A stretch of DNA of 64,000 bases, taken from positions 58 through 64,057 of the forward strand of contig JBDRMR010000001.1 of the NCBI GenBank assembly GCA_043812035.1. The letters are read 5' to 3'. The translations under genes were made by a program, and so were the position numbers. The DNA is from Candidatus Omnitrophota bacterium (GTDB taxonomy: Bacteria > Omnitrophota > Gorgyraeia > Gygaellales > JAHJCI01). Positions 52,756 through 62,388 of the stretch are shown here, piece by piece (position 1 is the first letter of the stretch; each line of letters opens with the position of its first letter). Below the pieces are notes generated by a model. The model did not search any database and was not told the DNA's origin. It saw only the letters and a list, made by a program, of their open reading frames with translations.

Positions 52756-54125
52756 TTCTTTTTGCTGTATATCTCGTATGTCTCGCCTGTGACTAAACCC
52801 TGTTCGTATATTTTATCTATGGAACTTTGCATTAAATGCATTGCGGACTGAGCGCCTGACTGAATTATCGAATTCAATTGAATAAAATTTCTATCGTGGA
52901 TTGTTCTTTTTACCGCATAGTTGGCTATGCAAACTTCCGTAGCCAGAACGCGCTCAAGGCCGTTTTTATGAGGCAATAAAGCCTGGATAATTATCGCTCT
53001 TAAGCAATGGGATAGCCTGCTGGAAATAAAAGTCTGTTGCTCTAAAGGGAAAAGGCTTATAATCCGGTCCAGGACCTGCAGGGTATCGGCGGCGTGGATT
53101 GAAGTTATAACCATATGACCCGTCTCTGCGGCATTAAGAGCCGTCTCTATAGTATCGGCGTCTACCACTTCGCCTACCACAATTACATCGGGGTCCTGCC
53201 TCAAGCTGGCCGTTAATCCGGAGGCAAAGGAAGGAACATCCACGCCCACTTCTCTTTGCTTGACTATTCCCTTTACATTCTTATGCATGTATTCTATCGG
53301 TTTCTCCAGCGAAAGTATTACCCCTCCTTTTGTGCGGTTGATTATGTCTATCATCGACGCTATGGTTGTGGTCTTGCCTGACCCGGTGGTGCCGGCGATA
53401 ATTATTATTCCGTCTGTTAACTTGCATAACTCTTCAATAATGGGAGGTAACCCTAAATCTTCCCTGGTCTTTATCTGAGAAGGGATAATTCTGAAAACGA
53501 CCTCTACGTTGCCGCGCTGTTGATAAACGCTTACTCTGAATCTTAAATCCGTCCCGAGGGAGTAGACAAAATCCAGGTCTTTGGCATCTTCGAACTTTTG
53601 CCTTTGCGGCTCCGAAAGTATGCTGTAAACCATCTGCTCGACTTCGCCCGCTGAAAGCGGCTGCGCTTCTGACTCCAAAGGCCTGATCCTTCCGTATATT
53701 CTCACCATAGGAGGAGAGCCGCTGGTAAGATGCATATCGGATGCCTTGCTCTCCGCCGACCTCCTTAGCAACTTTAAAATATCCATGCGGTCGATTCGCT
53801 GCCTGATTTCTTCTTCTATATCCGCGGGTATCTGCACAAACACCGCGCCGATGTTGAAGTTATGCGAGACAAGCAATCTCTCGACTCTTACGACCTCAGC
53901 CTTTGCTTCTATTAATCTCGGCGGCGAGCCCGGCAAACGAAGATTAAATTTAATCTTCGTGCCTATCGGTATCTCTTTCACGTTTTCAAAGAGCAAGCCT
54001 TTGGCGCTGATATTTTTAGTTATTGCGCTGCGCCTGGACTCGGGGACTCCTTTTGAATCCAATATCTCGTAAGTAAACTTAATCCTTGCGGGAATCCGGA
54101 CTGCCTGCCTGCGCTCTACCGTCAT
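52752..54125 (-). CDS. pilT: PilZ domain fused to a PilT-type type IV pilus retraction ATPase
   Basis: 457 aa. N-terminal PilZ motifs RRQAVR and NISAKG. Then PilT N-domain (SDMHLTSGSPPMVRIYGRI), Walker A GTTGSGKTTT, DPDVIVVGE. Confidence 0.8.
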   Translation of the reverse strand: MTVERRQAVRIPARIKFTYEILDSKGVPESRRSAITKNISAKGLLFENVKEIPIGTKIKFNLRLPGSPPRLIEAKAEVVRVERLLVSHNFNIGAVFVQIPADIEEEIRQRIDRMDILKLLRRSAESKASDMHLTSGSPPMVRIYGRIRPLESEAQPLSAGEVEQMVYSILSEPQRQKFEDAKDLDFVYSLGTDLRFRVSVYQQRGNVEVVFRIIPSQIKTREDLGLPPIIEELCKLTDGIIIIAGTTGSGKTTTIASMIDIINRTKGGVILSLEKPIEYMHKNVKGIVKQREVGVDVPSFASGLTASLRQDPDVIVVGEVVDADTIETALNAAETGHMVITSIHAADTLQVLDRIISLFPLEQQTFISSRLSHCLRAIIIQALLPHKNGLERVLATEVCIANYAVKRTIHDRNFIQLNSIIQSGAQSAMHLMQSSIDKIYEQGLVTGETYEIYSKKK

Positions 54126-54151
54126 ATCTTTCTCCTGTTTGTTCTTGCTTA

Positions 54152-55288
54152 CTATTTCAAAAATGTCTCCTGGGCTGCCTTAACGCCCGCCCCCAGCTGA
54201 AACTTGTAACCCATTTGAAATAGAACCTTTTCTAAACAAGAGATTGCCAGTATAATGTCGAATTCTTCGATGTAGCCCATGTGGGCGATGCGGATAATCT
54301 TTCCCTTTAATTCCCCCTGTCCTCCGGCAATGGTAATCCCGTATTTGTCGCGCATGGTTTTCACCAGCTTGCCGCCGTCGATGCCGGAAGGGACGCGGAT
54401 TGCCGTAACCACGTCGGAGGCGGCATCCGGAGCGAGCAATTCCAGGCCCAGCCCCTTGGCTGCCTGCCGCGCAGCCTCGGCCATGTGCTTATGGCGCAGA
54501 AAAGTATTCTCCAGCCCTTCTTCTCTCAACATCTTCAGAGATTCGTTTAAAGCGACAATCAAAGAGATAGCCGGAGTAAAAGGCGTATCCGTTTTATCCA
54601 GAGATTTCTTGGCCGACCTTAAATCAAAATAATATCGGGGCGATTTTGACTGCCCGATTAAATTCCAGGCCTTGGAGCTTACGGAAATAAATCCCAGTCC
54701 GGGGGGGAGCATCAATCCTTTCTGAGAACCGGAAACTACCGCATCGCAGAACCAGGCATCGGACGACAAAGGCACTGCGCCTAAACTGCTAATCGCGTCG
54801 ACCACAAGCACAGCCCCGGTATCTTTTATTATTTTTCCGATTGCCTGTATGTCATTGATTACCCCGGTCGAGGTTTCGCAGTGGGTCGCGAGTACCGCCT
54901 TTACCTTAGGATTTGACTTTAACCTCTTTTCTATTTCTCCGGGCTCAACGGCCTTGCCCCACTCTACTTCGATAACCTCGCAATTAACCCCGTAAGCGCG
55001 GCAAATCTCCGTCCAGCGCTGGCCGAATTTTCCGCCTTCAACCGTTACTGCGGTATCTTGAGGAGAAAGTAAATTTGCCACAGCCGCCTCCATAACTCCC
55101 GTTCCCGAGGAAGCAAAAATAAATACGTCGTTTTCCGTCTGAAATACATATTTAAGGCCTTCTTGGGCCTGTTTCAAAATCTCCTGAAACTGAGGAGTGC
55201 GGTGATGGATTATCGGCCGGCTCAGCGCCTCGGTTATCCGGGGAGGCAAGGGAGTCGGTCCCGGGGTTAATAAGTAAGTTTTCCTCAT
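54152..55288 (-). CDS. class V aminotransferase (serine-pyruvate / alanine-glyoxylate or phosphoserine aminotransferase type)
   Basis: 378 aa. LLTPGPTPLP N-terminus typical of the AGXT/SGAT family. PLP lysine region SGSQKGLM. Lies near serA. Confidence 0.75.
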   Translation of the reverse strand: MRKTYLLTPGPTPLPPRITEALSRPIIHHRTPQFQEILKQAQEGLKYVFQTENDVFIFASSGTGVMEAAVANLLSPQDTAVTVEGGKFGQRWTEICRAYGVNCEVIEVEWGKAVEPGEIEKRLKSNPKVKAVLATHCETSTGVINDIQAIGKIIKDTGAVLVVDAISSLGAVPLSSDAWFCDAVVSGSQKGLMLPPGLGFISVSSKAWNLIGQSKSPRYYFDLRSAKKSLDKTDTPFTPAISLIVALNESLKMLREEGLENTFLRHKHMAEAARQAAKGLGLELLAPDAASDVVTAIRVPSGIDGGKLVKTMRDKYGITIAGGQGELKGKIIRIAHMGYIEEFDIILAISCLEKVLFQMGYKFQLGAGVKAAQETFLK

Positions 55289-55303
55289 AAAATCCTCCTA
55301 AAA

Positions 55304-55903
55304 TTATTTCTTCTTCGCAACAATCACTTCGTCAACCAGTTTGTATTCTTTTGCTTCTTGGGCCGACATAAAGAAATCCCGGTCAGAGTCCTTCTGAATC
55401 TTTTCCAGCAATTGGCCCGTATGAAAGGAAAAAATTTCGTTTATCTGGTCCCGCAGTTTTAGGATCTCTTTAGCGTGCCGGGAGATATCCTCGGCTGCCC
55501 CCTGAATTCCTCCCCAGGGCTGGTGAATCATAATCCTCGAGTTCGGTAACGAAAAGCGCTTGCCCTTTGTGCCGGCGCACAAAAGAAGCGCGCCCATACT
55601 TGCGGCTTGGCCCACGCAATAGGTAGCTACATCGGGCTTAACGAACTGTATGGTGTCGTATATCGCCAGGCCTGCGGTAACCGAACCGCCGGGGCAGTTA
55701 ATATAAACATTTATTTCTTTATTCATATCCTCCATCTGCAGGAAAAGCATCTGGGCGATGACAACGTTGGCCACGTTATCGTCGATTGGCGTGCCGATAA
55801 AGACAATGCGGTCTTTCAAAAGCCGGGAATAAATATCATACGCGCGTTCGTAACCCCGATGGGTCTGTTCAACAACCATCGGAACTAAAGTTTGGTTTTT
55901 CAT
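55304..55903 (-). CDS. clpP: ATP-dependent Clp protease proteolytic subunit
   Basis: 199 aa. Catalytic Ser region [11 protein letters not shown], His in MIHQP. Confidence 0.95.
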   Translation of the reverse strand: MKNQTLVPMVVEQTHRGYERAYDIYSRLLKDRIVFIGTPIDDNVANVVIAQMLFLQMEDMNKEINVYINCPGGSVTAGLAIYDTIQFVKPDVATYCVGQAASMGALLLCAGTKGKRFSLPNSRIMIHQPWGGIQGAAEDISRHAKEILKLRDQINEIFSFHTGQLLEKIQKDSDRDFFMSAQEAKEYKLVDEVIVAKKK

Positions 55904-56781
55904 TTGTGTTTACCTCCCTTCCAATCTGCTTGCCTTAATAGAAACTCAATCGCCCTTTGCGTCATCTTATCGTCGCGGGAAATATTTTCCCGGCGGGCCA
56001 CCTCCTCCAAGACCAGATAGATGTGCACCTGTTTTTCCGCCTCAGGTTTTAAGTTTTCCTTCAAAGCCTGCCTTTGTTTTTCAATCTCCTGCTTGCTCAT
56101 CCCGCGCAAGGCTAAATCCACCTCTGCCTGCCTCTGGAGTCTGTCCAACTGCTGAGTAACTAGACTTTCCGGAATCTGAAAATTAACCTGTTTAAGTAAG
56201 TGCTCAATGACGCTGTTCTCCAGGTTTATTTGCTGAGCTCTTGATTTCTCCAAATAAATCTGCATCTTAAGAATTTTCTTCAACGCTTCAAAATCCGGAT
56301 ACCCTAAGCTGTGCGCCAAATCCTCTTCCGGCATCTGATTATAGTTCTGCTTGAACTTATCCAGGGCTTTGTTTATCTCTTCTTCGCTTACTTCAATCGG
56401 TTTGTATTCCAGCTTCAGCCCTTTATAATCCCTGACCTCTATTTTGGGCTTTATCTCCAGGCTCGCCTTGAAACTTAAATTATCCTTACCTAAATTAACA
56501 TCCGAAATTTCCGGCAAACTGACAGGCTCAAGCTGCGTTTCCCCCAGAGCCTGATTGTATACCTCCGGAAGCAGCTCCTTTAGCGCCTCTTGATGGGCGA
56601 CGGCAGAATAATGTTTTTCCAAAATGTCGCGGGGCACGTTACCCTGACGGAAACCCGGAACCTTTGCCTCTTTATTTAACCTTTTGTAAACTTCGTCGAA
56701 TTTTTTCTTTATGGTGTCTCCCTCTACCTCGACGGTCAATTCACGCCTGTGCTGTCCTGTCTTTTTAACTTGTGTTTTCAT
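55900..56781 (-). CDS. tig: trigger factor-like chaperone lacking the PPIase domain
   Basis: 293 aa. Ribosome-binding signature GFRQGNVP in the N-domain. C-terminal chaperone arms present. No FKBP-type domain. Conserved tig-clpP order. Confidence 0.7.
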   Translation of the reverse strand: MKTQVKKTGQHRRELTVEVEGDTIKKKFDEVYKRLNKEAKVPGFRQGNVPRDILEKHYSAVAHQEALKELLPEVYNQALGETQLEPVSLPEISDVNLGKDNLSFKASLEIKPKIEVRDYKGLKLEYKPIEVSEEEINKALDKFKQNYNQMPEEDLAHSLGYPDFEALKKILKMQIYLEKSRAQQINLENSVIEHLLKQVNFQIPESLVTQQLDRLQRQAEVDLALRGMSKQEIEKQRQALKENLKPEAEKQVHIYLVLEEVARRENISRDDKMTQRAIEFLLRQADWKGGKHK

Positions 56782-56805
56782 CCGTTCCTCGCTCTACTTT
56801 ATTGA

Positions 56806-57528
56806 TCACATCCTGAATTTCTCTCCAAGGTAAATATCTCTGGCCTTTGGGTCATTTATTAAATCCTGGGCGCTTCCCGAAATGAGAATTTTTCCCTCCG
56901 CGATTAAATATGCCCTCTCAGTAATCGAAAGGGTCTCTCTCACATTGTGGTCGGTAAGCAAAATCCCCAAGCCTTTATTCTTCAGGTCCCGGATAATCTC
57001 CTGAACCTCGCTAACCACTATAGGATCTATGCCGGAAAACGGCTCATCGAGCAGGATAAAAGAGGGATTGCATACCAGCGCACGAGTAATCTCCAGCCGC
57101 CTTCTCTCCCCGCCGGACAGCGTGTAAGACTTATTCTTTGCCAAATGGGCTATGTTCAACTCCTCAAGCAACTTAATCAGCCGCCTCTTCCTCTCCCGGC
57201 GGCTCAAAGGCAATGTTTCCAGTATAGCCATTATGTTCTGGGCAACGGTAAGCTTTCTGAAAACAGAGGGCTCCTGAGCAAGATAGGCGATGCCGAAGTG
57301 AGAGCGCCTGTGAATTGGAAACCGGGTAATATCTTCGTTATCAAAAATAATCTGGCCTTGATTAGGGTGGATAATCCCCACAATCATATAAAAAGTGGTG
57401 GTCTTGCCTGCGCCGTTAGGGCCGAGGAGCCCGACAATCTCGCCTCTTTTGACTAAAAGATTTATCCCTTTAACGACCTGCCGCCCGTCGTAAGATTTAA
57501 ACAAATTCCTAGTTTCCAACAGATGCAT
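56806..57528 (-). CDS. lptB: LPS export ABC transporter ATP-binding protein
   Basis: 240 aa. Walker A GPNGAGKTTTF, signature LSGGERRR. Synteny with kdsD-kdsC-lpt. Confidence 0.9.
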   Translation of the reverse strand: MHLLETRNLFKSYDGRQVVKGINLLVKRGEIVGLLGPNGAGKTTTFYMIVGIIHPNQGQIIFDNEDITRFPIHRRSHFGIAYLAQEPSVFRKLTVAQNIMAILETLPLSRRERKRRLIKLLEELNIAHLAKNKSYTLSGGERRRLEITRALVCNPSFILLDEPFSGIDPIVVSEVQEIIRDLKNKGLGILLTDHNVRETLSITERAYLIAEGKILISGSAQDLINDPKARDIYLGEKFRM

Positions 57529-58357
57529 CTTTTTCCTCCGTGGAATAAATTATCAGCTTCGGCCTGCCGGTTAAAGTTATGGTTTTGTTATCTACGCTGT
57601 ACGTAGCCTCGTCTGCAAAACTGATATTCTCCCCCCTCACAATCTTAACATTGTCTCTGGCAACGATCTTTCTTATTCTGCCGGAGGGAGAATCTCCTAA
57701 ATTGGCCGAAGATTCGGCCTCAAAATACACGTCCATTAAATCAGCGTACATCTGAGATTCGCCGTCGTCAACAAAAACATCTTTTTTAAATACGGCGACA
57801 TTATCGGCGTAGTTTATACTAAGAGGTCCGCTGCAGGTAATGACAATCTTCTTCTTTTGGTTATCGATTTCGACCTTGACGTCTCTTTTTAAATCGACAG
57901 TCCTCAGATCCACGTCTCCCCTTATGCCTACGCCGGTAGTGACTATATTATCCTTCTTGATATCCACCGGCGCATCTGTGGTGACCAAAGAGGTCTCTTT
58001 ATCCCAATTCAGGTAATCCGTGGTTAATACGGCTCCCGACTCGGTGGTAATAACCACGTTCTTTTCTAAACGGACCGAGTTGCGGGTTCTGTCAAAATCT
58101 CCTTTCTCGGCGGTCACAACGATTTCCTCCTGCCCGTAGATTTTCCCCTCTACGTCATTTAGCTTTATCTGGTCCGAAAAAATATCCGCCGATTTACTGA
58201 AAATCTCCCAAGTCCTCTGGCCTTTATCCGAAAATCCGGACAAATGAAATTCGTTAATCGTCTGCTCTAGCTCTGTGGATATCGCTTCGGATAGATTCCC
58301 GGACAGAAAGCTCAACAAAAAAATCAGGATTGATAAAAGTCGACTATGCCCTGCCAT
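57509..58357 (-). CDS. OstA-like LptA/LptC family periplasmic LPS transport protein
   Basis: 282 aa. Signal/anchor N-terminus, beta-jellyroll-like repetitive body. Occupies the lptC-lptA position between kdsC and lptB. Confidence 0.55.
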   Translation of the reverse strand: MAGHSRLLSILIFLLSFLSGNLSEAISTELEQTINEFHLSGFSDKGQRTWEIFSKSADIFSDQIKLNDVEGKIYGQEEIVVTAEKGDFDRTRNSVRLEKNVVITTESGAVLTTDYLNWDKETSLVTTDAPVDIKKDNIVTTGVGIRGDVDLRTVDLKRDVKVEIDNQKKKIVITCSGPLSINYADNVAVFKKDVFVDDGESQMYADLMDVYFEAESSANLGDSPSGRIRKIVARDNVKIVRGENISFADEATYSVDNKTITLTGRPKLIIYSTEEKDASVGN

Positions 58358-58854
58358 TTGCCTTGGGATTTCAGGATTAATTCGGAAACTTCTCTAACCG
58401 CGCCTCTGCCGCCTTCTCTGTGAGTGATATAATGAGCGGCATTTTTTATTTCCGGTGCGGCGTTGAATACTGCGACCGCAAAACCCACTTTATTCATCAA
58501 GCACAAATCCACTAAATCGTCTCCGACAAAGCAGACTTCTTCGGAACTCACCCTGTATTTTTTTAATATCCTCTCGAATACAGAGCTCTTCGGAGAAATG
58601 TCCGCAAATATCTGGGCAACTTGCATGTCGCGGGCGCGGGGTTTTATGGTACGCGAGCTCTTTGCCGTTATCAAGACGGTAGGTATCTCCGCTTTTTTAA
58701 GCATATAAACTCCTAAGCCGTCATGCACATCAAAGAACTTGGAGTCGTATCCTTTGGAATCGTAGATTATGCGCCCGTCGGTTAAAACACCGTCCACGTC
58801 CAACAGCAATAATTTTATCTTCTTAGCTCTGTTTAATAAAGACTCTTCTATCAT
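58324..58854 (-). CDS. kdsC: 3-deoxy-D-manno-octulosonate 8-phosphate phosphatase
   Basis: 176 aa HAD. LLLLDVDGVLTDGRIIY motif. Confidence 0.85.
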   Translation of the reverse strand: MIEESLLNRAKKIKLLLLDVDGVLTDGRIIYDSKGYDSKFFDVHDGLGVYMLKKAEIPTVLITAKSSRTIKPRARDMQVAQIFADISPKSSVFERILKKYRVSSEEVCFVGDDLVDLCLMNKVGFAVAVFNAAPEIKNAAHYITHREGGRGAVREVSELILKSQGKWQGIVDFYQS

Positions 58855-58858
58855 CTGT

Positions 58859-59821
58859 CTATACTAATCCTGCCTCTAACAAATCCTGCACGTCAAGGAG
58901 CCCGACTACCCTGCCGTGCTTGTCTACAACGGGCACTTCGTCGATCTTCTTTTCCTCTAATATGCGCATCGCCTCGGCGGCAAGGCGGTCTTTGCTAACG
59001 GCAGCGGGATTCCTGGTCATAACGGCTGCTATCTTACGCCTGGGTAAATCCCGGTCAATCTCTATATGCCTGCGCAAATCACCGTCGGTAAATATCCCCC
59101 TCAGCCTCCCTCTTTTATCTATAATCGTTGCGCTTCCGGCACGCGCCTGGGTTATCTTCAGGAGCACGGAGGAAACGGTCTCCTCCTCATAAACTAAGGG
59201 ATTGGCTTTGCCGGTGCGCATAATATCTTCGACCTTAAGCAGCAGCCGCCTGCCCAAAGCTCCGCCCGGATGGAAAAGCGCAAAATCTTTCTCTTTAAAA
59301 CCCTTCATCTCCAGAAGGCAAACGGAGAGTGCGTCGCACATTGCCAGCATCGCTGTCGTAGAAGCGGTAGGAGCTAAACCTAGAGGGCAAGCTTCTTTTT
59401 TAACCGAGACATCCAAAGTAATGTCGCTGAACCGGGCTAAGGAAGACTTGATGTTTCCGGTTAAGGCGACAATCTTGCTTCCGATTTTCTTCAAGATAGG
59501 CAGGAGTTTCTTAATCTCTTCCGTTTCTCCGCTGTTAGAAAGTATGACTACCACATCATCGGCGGTTACCCGGCCCAAATCGCCGTGAATCGCGTCGGCC
59601 GAATGAAGAAAAAGGCTGGGCGTGCCGGTTGAAGAGAGGGTCGCGGAAAACTTCTGGGCGATAATTCCTGCCTTGCCCATGCCGCTCACTACTACCCTGC
59701 CTTTTGCTAAACGAATCATATCAACGGCTGCCTTAAACCTCTTGTCAATCTTTACCTTCAAGTCCCTGATTGCCCTGGCTTCGATGTCCAATACCTCTCT
59801 TGCCCTTTTTATAGGATTCAC
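58859..59821 (-). CDS. kdsD: arabinose-5-phosphate isomerase (SIS + tandem CBS)
   Basis: 320 aa. SIS domain (VVVSGMGKAG). C-terminal CBS pair. Confidence 0.9.
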   Translation of the reverse strand: MNPIKRAREVLDIEARAIRDLKVKIDKRFKAAVDMIRLAKGRVVVSGMGKAGIIAQKFSATLSSTGTPSLFLHSADAIHGDLGRVTADDVVVILSNSGETEEIKKLLPILKKIGSKIVALTGNIKSSLARFSDITLDVSVKKEACPLGLAPTASTTAMLAMCDALSVCLLEMKGFKEKDFALFHPGGALGRRLLLKVEDIMRTGKANPLVYEEETVSSVLLKITQARAGSATIIDKRGRLRGIFTDGDLRRHIEIDRDLPRRKIAAVMTRNPAAVSKDRLAAEAMRILEEKKIDEVPVVDKHGRVVGLLDVQDLLEAGLV

Positions 59822-60636
59822 CTCAGCGCTCCTTCTATCTTTTTCACCTGCTTAAGCAATTCTTCCAATTGTCTTAAATCAACCATGTTCGGCCCGTCGC
59901 AGAGTGCTTTATCGGGGCTAGAATGCGCCTCGATAAACAGCCCGTCGCTGCCAAAGGCAACTGCTGCACGGCAGAGCCCGGGCACGAAACGGCACTCGCC
60001 CCCCGAAGACTTGCCCAAACCCGCAGGCAGCTGCACGCTGTGGGTAGCATCGTAAATTACCGGATAGCCCAAATCGCGTATTATCGCTAAAGCACGGAAG
60101 TCAGAAACCAGATTATTATAGCCGAAACTCACTCCCCGCTCGGTAATTAAAATGCGCTTATTGCCTGCTGACTCCACTTTCCTAATCGCGGTTAAAATGT
60201 CCCAGGGAGCCAGGAATTGGCCTTTTTTAATGTTCACGACTTTGCCTGTTCTTGCTGCGGCAAGCAAAAGGTCGGTCTGGCGGCATAAAAAAGCGGGAAT
60301 CTGAATAACGTCTAGAACTTCTGCGGCCTCCCGGACTTCCTCTTTGCAATGCACGTCGGAAAGAACGGGTATCCTCAGCTCTTGCTTTATCCTTGCCAAA
60401 ATCTGGAGTCCCTTTTTCAGTCCCGGGCCGCGAAAAGAACCGATTGAGCTGCGATTCGCCTTATCGTAGCTCGACTTGAAGATAAACGGAATGTCCAATC
60501 TCCGGCAAATCCCTTTTATTCTTTTTGCCACCGAAAAGCAGAGCCGTTCGGATTCGATTACGCAAGGCCCGGCAATCAGAACCAGAGGACTGCCCCTGCC
60601 GATTCGAATGTTTCCTACTTTAACCTGACCGGCCAT
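59818..60636 (-). CDS. kdsA: 2-dehydro-3-deoxyphosphooctonate aldolase (KDO-8-P synthase)
   Basis: 272 aa. LVLIAGPCVIES N-terminus. Confidence 0.95.
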   Translation of the reverse strand: MAGQVKVGNIRIGRGSPLVLIAGPCVIESERLCFSVAKRIKGICRRLDIPFIFKSSYDKANRSSIGSFRGPGLKKGLQILARIKQELRIPVLSDVHCKEEVREAAEVLDVIQIPAFLCRQTDLLLAAARTGKVVNIKKGQFLAPWDILTAIRKVESAGNKRILITERGVSFGYNNLVSDFRALAIIRDLGYPVIYDATHSVQLPAGLGKSSGGECRFVPGLCRAAVAFGSDGLFIEAHSSPDKALCDGPNMVDLRQLEELLKQVKKIEGALR

Positions 60637-61369
60637 CTTCGTCTCTTTTTATAAGGGCCTTGATTTTCTCAAGGTCCTGCGGCGTGTCCACGCCGATGGT
60701 CTCAAACTTTGTTTCTATTACCTTTATGCGAAAACCTTCCTCCAGAACGCGCAGCTGCTCCAGCTTTTCTGCCTGCTCAAGCCGAGAGCTGGGAATGTTT
60801 TTATAGGTAAAAAGGAAGTCTTTAGTGTAAGCATAAAGGCCGATATGTTTATAGTAAACCGGTTTGATTTCGGCGTCCTTTGCCCGGTAAGGAATTTGCG
60901 CACGCGAAAAGTAGAGGACATGATTATTTTTATCTATAACTACCTTGACTACGTTTGGGTTATTAATTTCCTTGGCATCCTTTATCTGTTTCACCATAGT
61001 TGCCATATAAATAGCCTTGTCTCTCTGCAGCGCCTCCACGAGGCTGTCAATCATAAGGGGCTCAATAAGAGGTTCGTCTGCCTGGATATTGACTACCACC
61101 CGGACCTCTATAGGGCTTACCACTTCGGTAATCCTGTCGCTGCCGGAAAGATGGCCTTTTGCGGTCATTACGCAATTAGCGCCGAACTCACGAGCTGCGG
61201 AAAAAACCCGCTCGTCGTCGCAGGCAATAATAACATCGTCAAGAAGCAATGCCTTCTTTGCCCTCTCCCAGACATGCTGAATCATCGGCTTGCCGAAGAT
61301 ATCCGCTAAGACCTTGCCTTCAAAACGCGTTGAACTGTACCTGGCCGGTATTACTCCGATTGCATCCAT
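60620..61369 (-). CDS. kdsB: 3-deoxy-manno-octulosonate cytidylyltransferase (CMP-KDO synthetase)
   Basis: 249 aa. GVIPARYSSTRFEGK motif. Confidence 0.9.
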   Translation of the reverse strand: MDAIGVIPARYSSTRFEGKVLADIFGKPMIQHVWERAKKALLLDDVIIACDDERVFSAAREFGANCVMTAKGHLSGSDRITEVVSPIEVRVVVNIQADEPLIEPLMIDSLVEALQRDKAIYMATMVKQIKDAKEINNPNVVKVVIDKNNHVLYFSRAQIPYRAKDAEIKPVYYKHIGLYAYTKDFLFTYKNIPSSRLEQAEKLEQLRVLEEGFRIKVIETKFETIGVDTPQDLEKIKALIKRDEDGRSG

Positions 61370-62388
61370 GTATCCCTCGCTTTTATCCGCTTCAGTAACT
61401 CTTGCCTCGAAGCAGTAGCCGTTCCGATTTTACTTACTACGATGCCTGCGGCAAAATTGGCGATGTGCGCAGCCTCCAGTCTGGTAGCTCCGCAAGCCAG
61501 ACTCAGGGTAAAGGCGGCAATCACCGTATCGCCGGCTCCGGAAACGTCAAATACCTCTTGGGCCTGAGTAGGAATATGGGTAATGCGGCTGCCTTCGAAT
61601 AGCCGCATTCCTTCTTCTCCTAATGTAATAAGAAGCGCGTTTAACTTGAGGTATTTCAACAACTCTCGCCCCGCGAGATTCAAATCTCTGTCGCTTAGCA
61701 ATCTATCAGTGTTAACCTTGAAGGTATTTGTGTTATCCTGCATTTTAAGGTTCCTCACCGCGCTCTCCGCCTCTTTGCGGTTGGGCGTAATGCAGGTTGT
61801 TCCGGCGTAATACTGAAAATGCTCCTCTTTCGGGTCAACGGTTATTATTATGCGTCCCTGTCTGGCTGATTCAATCACCCTTTTTGCCAACCAGCGGTTT
61901 ATTACGCCCTTGCCGTAATCCTCAATTATTATAGCATCGAATTTGCCGATGTTGCTGCGAATATAATCGTACAGTTTGATATTAATTCTGTCGGTCAACG
62001 ACTCGGTTTGCTCCCAATCCAATCTCACCACCTGCTGATGTCCGGCGATAATCCGGGTCTTAACCGTAGTGTGTCTCTTATTTACCAATAATACCCCTTC
62101 CCGCCGGATACCCTGCCTTTTTAATTCGGATAAAAGGATTTCTGCATTTTTATCTTTGCCTGCCACTCCGCAAAGAGAAACTCCCGCGCCCAGACTCTTG
62201 ATATTATTTGCCACATTGGCCGCACCGCCGAGCGCGTAAGAGCGCTTGTCTGCCCACACCACCGGCACCGGCGCTTCGGGCGAAATCCTGTGAACGTTAC
62301 CCCAGATATATTCATCCAGGATTAAGTCACCCAAAACCAGTATTTTCGCCCGGGGGAATCTTCTGATAATTTTTTTTAAATTTATCAT
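61351..62388 (-). CDS. hldE: D-glycero-beta-D-manno-heptose-7-phosphate kinase (RfaE domain I, PfkB family)
   Basis: 345 aa. Ribokinase-like fold with the GAGD motif near the C-terminus (DVSGAGDT). No adenylyltransferase domain. Confidence 0.8.
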   Translation of the reverse strand: MINLKKIIRRFPRAKILVLGDLILDEYIWGNVHRISPEAPVPVVWADKRSYALGGAANVANNIKSLGAGVSLCGVAGKDKNAEILLSELKRQGIRREGVLLVNKRHTTVKTRIIAGHQQVVRLDWEQTESLTDRINIKLYDYIRSNIGKFDAIIIEDYGKGVINRWLAKRVIESARQGRIIITVDPKEEHFQYYAGTTCITPNRKEAESAVRNLKMQDNTNTFKVNTDRLLSDRDLNLAGRELLKYLKLNALLITLGEEGMRLFEGSRITHIPTQAQEVFDVSGAGDTVIAAFTLSLACGATRLEAAHIANFAAGIVVSKIGTATASRQELLKRIKARDTWMQSE

